From NCBI RefSeq assembly GCF_001194135.2, contig NC_068983.1, forward strand, positions 326,647-367,556: a stretch of 40,910 nt of DNA. Direction: 5' to 3'. Below the pieces are notes generated by a model. The model saw nothing but the letters and a program-made list of their open reading frames with translations, had not been told where the DNA came from and did not search any database. A program made the translations under genes and the position numbers. Numbering within the stretch: the stretch's first letter is position 1; each line of letters starts with the position of its first letter. This stretch comes from Octopus bimaculoides. Taxonomy: Eukaryota. This document shows positions 35,197 to 40,910 of the stretch, one piece after another.

Positions 35197-35233
<37 letters not shown>

Positions 35234-36270
35234 ACTGCATACTTGCATACCAGAATCTCATGTATAAAATTTATGCAGCCTGACCGAACCTGTTCCTCCA
35301 TGATCACTGTGAGTGTGATAATGTCAACCCAATTGAACAAGAAAGGAGTTTGGGGACGTTAACAAAACTGTGATGATAGTATAGGAGGACTCTGATCACA
35401 GTCTGGTTGGATTACCTCAAAGTATTTGACTATATTTTCCATTCGTCGAATTCCTTCGACGTGCTATAGTTCCAGATACCATCATTAAGGCCATAGACAA
35501 TGTGATTTCACCCTGGGCCGTTATTCTCAAATGAAATACAAGAAGTGATTCGATAGTCGCTGATTAGATACTGTATTGCAGAAGTATATTTCAAGGGGAC
35601 AGTCTGTGATGTTGTTTATACTTTCAGTAGCAACCCCTCCCACTCTCTTCCTGTGGACCAATCGCATTTTCTGAAGAATATGCAACTGGTTCACACGAAG
35701 ACAGAACCACTAACTTAACACATTGCTTGTTTGTAAACAAACTGGAAATAATTTCCATGTTATGGCATTTTCAAAGGTTATAGAGATGGAGTTTGGTCAG
35801 GATAAATGTTTTTTTACATGCTTCTAAATCAACGAAGAACTATAAGCCCGTCTAGTAACATTTCTACAATTTCTAAATTTTAAAATTATTTTACAAAGAC
35901 TTGAATCACCCGCCTCCGCACACCATTCCAAGGTCAATATACTCTTGTATAAACGACAAGCGGTTGTTCCTACCCTACACTCGGGAACAACCCAGCCTGG
36001 GGTTAAACTCTGGGTAGATTGAGAGCTTTTGATATAATAAACATCATTCCCACCCCACACGCACAATCGGTAGATCAACAACTGTAAAGGATCCCGAACA
36101 CGGAGCAACATATTCACAGAATGGCATGAGATTGCGAAGATTGCTAATTGCATTAGAAAACTAAATTGTCTTTAGCTGGCGATCGAAACTCGATGGCGTG
36201 TTTACAGAAATAGATTTGTGCCACCGTCTACCCAACGAACCAGCCTTATTAATAAAACACTCGACTCCTT
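34725..36270 (+). mobile_element. Decayed RLE-type (R4-like) retrotransposon RT region
   Basis: Frameshifted motifs in order: NAPGRDSIVRY, LMYKIY, LHDHCE..EQ, TLITVWLDYLKVFD, IFQGDS, NLTHCLFVNKL, FSKVIEMEFGQDKC, WHEIAKIANCIRKL. Two poly(A) runs interrupt it. Confidence 0.85.
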
Positions 36271-36582
36271 ACCTAAATTTTATGACTAGAAACTCTCTGG
36301 GTCAACGTATGATTTATTTCAGTTCTGCTGCATTGTATTTTAATGTGAATTTTACGGGAACTGTTTTAAAGAAGAATCTAAACTCATTAGATTCAGACAG
36401 AAAACAAAAAATGAATTCTTTGTTCCAATGTTGGTAGAAATTAACATCGTAATAGCGGAGTGGTGGAGGGGGGGGGTCTACGCCCCCACCCCGCCAACTG
36501 AGTTTAGTTTCAGAAATAACAATTACCATGTACTTTAAAATAAAAATAAGTAGTGTAATTCAATATCGAACAGAATTCTGAA

Positions 36583-36597
36583 CACTAGATGGCGCCA
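36583..36597 (+). promoter_or_regulatory. CTCF-like motif
   Basis: CACTAGATGGCGCCA closely matches the CTCF core consensus CCASYAGRKGGCRS; motif match only. Confidence 0.35.
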
Positions 36598-38299
36598 AAC
36601 GAACGTCAACTTTATATCTACAATAAATGTATAGGAGGTTTTAAGCATTTCAAATATTTACTATTAGTTCAAAGAATTGAATATTCAATTGCAATGAATA
36701 TTCATCATATGTGAAGGAATCAATAATGAAACGTTCATTAATTCAGATCAGCAGTTTTATTTATTCCATTCTTTGAATGAGTAACCATAAACGATAAGGC
36801 AACTATTCCTGTTCCATTGGATTCTTCAGACTCTGCCGGTCAGCATGAAAAGGCAGCTGCGAACAGAACACTACTGAAAGCTGCCGCCATTATAAATCGG
36901 AAACTATACTAAACGAACGCTGGAAAATAGTTTAGAAACGAACATTTAAATCTATTGTCAATATTCTTCACAAATGAAATGACTATAGAAGTCATTCTGT
37001 AAAGCTGAATGGAATTAAAGAATTACAAATATAAATATTCAAGAAATATTTTTATGAAGAAATAAAGTATGCACACGTAGTTTACACACTTCATAGAAGG
37101 AAATCTATTGAGGAAAACTAAGGACACGAATTACAGAAAAAGAAAATCGACTATTAAAAAAAAAAAACAACAAAAAAAACTTCAGAACACAAAAGTAAAT
37201 ACTGGAAAGCAAAATGGTAAAAACTTAAGTTTTCAACCACAAAGAATAAACACTTGAAGGATTTCGTCTTTGAATTAAGTTATCTATTTTGGTCGATAAT
37301 TTCTGTCACAACGAAGCAGTAACCATTTAAATATTGTACGGTGATTGATAAACTCATCATAAATATATTCTAGTTTGTAACCTAGTGGACATCACTAGCT
37401 CCTCACCTACTAATAAATCGATCATTCATTCACTAGTTCCCTACAGATTAATTGATCATTCAATTAACCAAGGCTATCATAGTCTTTAATATATTTATGT
37501 CTGAAATTTCCAAAGAGAATTTGACTAAACCTTATTCCATGTTAGGCCGTTAACATTCGCTTTATTCATTTAATTTTAACGAAGAAGAGTATATTGTCTT
37601 TTAACCAACATAAAATGGTTGGAAATACTATTACCGTTCCCTTGCTTTGTTTTAAAGAAATCAATATCGTCATTAGGTAGCCATTAGGAAAGAGCCGAAA
37701 CAATATTATTAGCGAGGAAACATTAATGACAACATTAAATTAGTGACACAACTGAAGCAGAATGTACGAAGCAGATAAAAACAGCAGTTATTGTGAGTTG
37801 ATGATGAGGCATTTAAAAGATATTGGAACACATTTTAGCAAGCCAACAGAAAAAAATAACCCCACGGATAAAGAGTGTTTTTGTAAGTGAAATACAGCGA
37901 AAGTGTTTTTAGACTCAAACAAAACTGTCTCCTCCTTATATGTGGCTGTGTATCTCTAAATACATTTGACCATGTTTTCTAGAGATAATCTGGTTACTTT
38001 GGTCATGGCGTTAGTTGTATTATTTACTCAACTTCTCAATTAAATCTCACGTTTCCTGTCACCTATTCATTTGTGACAGACCTCCATCTTGGCTACAGCC
38101 CAATGTCTGAAACAAGCAAATGATAAAAACTAAAGTAATCTGTTGGGCGAGATTATCCTCATTGAAATGATGTGAGATGCAAACATCGAGTCTGCCGATG
38201 TAACCAAGGTGATGTAGATTGTTTGTCAAATCACGTTTTGGATATTTGGAGAATATTTGCGATCATTTCGGTCGTATAACACCGGTTAGTTTCGCTGTT

Positions 38300-38520
38300 A
38301 ATCTCAGCCGGCTAAAGCGATATGTATCTTTAACCGGAAAAATACCCTATCGAAATCTTTAAAACACTTCTGGCTCCCACGTTCCATAACAGCATCCTTT
38401 CCGTACACAGCGCATATCTTCCTGCGGGTTTCCGTTGCTTTCTTGCCTTTAAAATTCACGACGTATCGATAACGTTTATTTTCATTTTTCATTTTCAAGG
38501 TGATCTCAAGCACATAAAAT
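38300..38520 (-). mobile_element. Mariner transposase N-terminal remnant (different family from 19300 copy)
   Basis: RYRYVVNFKGKKATETRRKICAVYGKDAVMERGSQKCF resembles mariner HTH starts (FRKGKNA....KICAVYG...ERQCQ.WF). Confidence 0.75.
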
Positions 38521-38668
38521 ACAACTTTTCTTCTCGCAAAATATAACCTATTTTTGAACTACGATGAAGTTTCGAAGATCATGCGCAAGGGACGAACTGA
38601 CGTTAGTTTCTTATTAGAGTGCTTGAAGCTTAGTGTCTATAAGAACTGAACGGTGTTTGGGACAACCC

Positions 38669-38678
38669 ATTACTATTA

Positions 38679-38722
<44 letters not shown>

Positions 38723-38742
38723 GTTATTATTATTATTATTAT
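38669..38742 (+). repeat. (ATT)n microsatellite
   Basis: Direct reading. Confidence 0.97.
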
Positions 38743-39261
38743 ATTTTCAAAGAATTGACGCAGCTCTTCACAAAGGTAAATAGACAATACGACGAGCGCA
38801 ATGCGATTACAATAGATATTTTATTGGTTGAACGATATTGCAACAGTTTTCCTGTCTTTGTCGAGTTGAAAATGAAAAGTGATAGATAGAAATTCAAAAT
38901 TATAGAAATTCAAATCCAAAATTTGAATGAGGCAAACAGCATCCCCACGTTGATGGAATCACATTCTTAGTCTTCAATTTTCACGGTTACAACTGGCAAG
39001 AAGAAAAGGAAAAAAGAAAAAAGAAAACAAAAGAGAAAAAAAGAAAACAGAAAAATAAAAAGAATATTTAATCAAACAGTTTCGAGTAAATAAGATAAAA
39101 TTCTCCGGCCATTTTATTAATCCCTCCAGGGTGTGACGTTAATAACTCGCAGACATATTTCTCCTCATGCATTTTGAGGACTAAAATGTAGCAGATTCAG
39201 AATATTTTTTGACAATATGCACTTTCAAGTCTTTTTCGAAATTGCAGCCGTTTGATGTAAA

Positions 39262-39390
39262 ATGTTCGGCAAGCGTACGCGTTTAGTGTACGCAGCAGAA
39301 TGCACCAAACACAACTTGATTTATGTTGGTTGTACAACAGAACAATTAAACAAAGGATTCATTGAGTACAGATATGACATTCGGCACGTA
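39262..39390 (+). mobile_element. Penelope-like element GIY-YIG endonuclease fragment
   Basis: LVYAAECTKHNLIYVGCTTEQLNKGFIEYRYDI shows the VY..C...YVG.T pattern of PLE GIY-YIG domains. Confidence 0.7.
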
Positions 39391-39395
39391 TTGTC

Positions 39396-39407
39396 TATTA
39401 TTATTAC

Positions 39408-39486
<79 letters not shown>

Positions 39487-39487
39487 T
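39396..39487 (+). repeat. (ATT)~30 array
   Basis: Direct reading. Confidence 0.97.
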
Positions 39488-39738
<251 letters not shown>

Positions 39739-40640
39739 TCTCTCTTTTTCACAGGCTTTGTTGGAGTTTCTGGAGTCTTGCATGCGTAGCGAGCTTACTA
39801 CCTGTACCATACGGTACCATGCTATCCGTTCTTTTCAGCTCTCTAATACTTTCCTGATTATTCCGGCTGTGTCAAGGAAGCAAACCTTTTGTAACATTTC
39901 TACTGGACATTCTATTCCAATTTCTTTTATATTCCTCTTGATGCCTTCTGATACTGTTCCCAAGGACCCAACAATAACTGGCACTATCTTCACCTTCTTC
40001 ATTTTCCATAACTGGATTATATCGTACTTAAGAGTGTTGTATCTCTCTATCTTTTCGCCTTCCTTCTTGACTATTCGTGGGTCAAAGGGTCATGCAGTAT
40101 CATCTATATAGCATATGTGGTGCATCTTGTCCGCCACCACTGGGTCTGGTCTGTTCTGCTCTAGCACCAATAATATTTTTTCGACATCTGATAATTTCAA
40201 GTAACTTTCTATTGCATCACTTGCTGCACTTTGTTGTGTGTGCTGCAATTTCTTTCCTGGAGAATACTGTTTTGCATCAGTATATTTTGTTACGGGTTTT
40301 GGTTTGAGTCGCCTGTTGTATTAATTTTTGTATTGTGTGTTGTTTGTGCAGTGCAGGTTGTGTTCTTCTGTTGGGTATCAGGCGTCTATGTCACATGTGG
40401 GCGTTGTTAATTTTTTTGGGTATTTACATATTCTCGTATGTGTTTGGAGAAGTATTGCATGGTTGTGTGTGTAAATCATAAATCAACCGCTACATCGTAT
40501 TCACAGTTATCCGTCCATCGTTCTTTGTTTGGTTTTGTTATGGGTTAGTCTTTACAGCGTTTACTTTTTGACAGATCACCGCCTATGGACATGTGTTGAT
40601 GTTTCTTTCGTATTTATGATTATTGTTGACGCACAAGCGA
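39739..40640 (-). mobile_element. R4/Dong-like RLE retrotransposon, 5'-truncated and probably internally deleted
   Basis: RPDPVVADKMHHICYIDDTA*PFDPRIVKKEGEKIERYNTLKYDIIQLWKMKKVKIVPVIVGSLGTVS..LQKVCFLDTAGIIRKVLES*, with 3' UTR abutting (AAT)n. Assignment of the part above ~40160 is weaker. Confidence 0.85.
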
Positions 40641-40767
40641 GAGACCGAGAAAAAACACCAATGTGTATATATATATAAAGGACTTGTATAGATATGAAAG
40701 CATAAATAATTAAAATTTTAAAATTTTACTCACATGGTTGCAGTTTACGTATAGAGGTATTGCAGTC

Positions 40768-40768
<1 letters not shown>

Positions 40769-40855
<87 letters not shown>
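40769..40855 (+). repeat. (ATT)~29 array
   Basis: Direct reading. Confidence 0.97.
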
Positions 40856-40858
<3 letters not shown>

Positions 40859-40910
40859 TAGTTTTATTTTTATAGCGTGATTTCACTTCACTACCGAGCG
40901 CAGCTCTGTG
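40856..40910 (-). mobile_element. Probable 3' UTR of a further R4/Dong-like element continuing past the window
   Basis: Minus strand CTCGGTAGTGAAGTGAAATCACGCTATAAAAATAAAACTACTG runs directly into (AAT)n, the same arrangement as the two neighbours; no coding part is visible. Confidence 0.45.

Overview
AT-rich, microsatellite-dense eukaryotic genomic DNA with two N-gaps. It is not prokaryotic and has no CRISPR, rRNA or true tRNA. The SINE family and repeat landscape resemble a coleoid cephalopod (Octopus); this is recognition from memory, not a database result. One clear protein-coding gene is present: a minus-strand ORF (10756-13170) lying in a single exon, encoding a single-pass LRR+Ig receptor with Kekkon-like architecture (7 LRR, LRRCT, 1 Ig, TM, long tail ending in the PDZ-binding motif GTAV). 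It has an unusual ~105-aa basic/acidic leader before its signal-like segment. The rest is decayed mobile DNA: RTE and other APE-type LINE fragments, tRNA-derived SINEs, mariner/Tc1 and hAT remnants, a Penelope GIY-YIG fragment, and several R4/Dong-like RLE retrotransposon pieces, three of them stacked in (TAA)n arrays at the window end. I see no clearly novel multi-gene system. The best leads are the receptor's leader and tail, a possible opposite-strand exon implying a nested gene, CTCF-like motifs (one carried by a mariner), and the TAA-targeted insertion hotspot. Boundaries of decayed elements are approximate and all translations outside the ORF track were done by eye.
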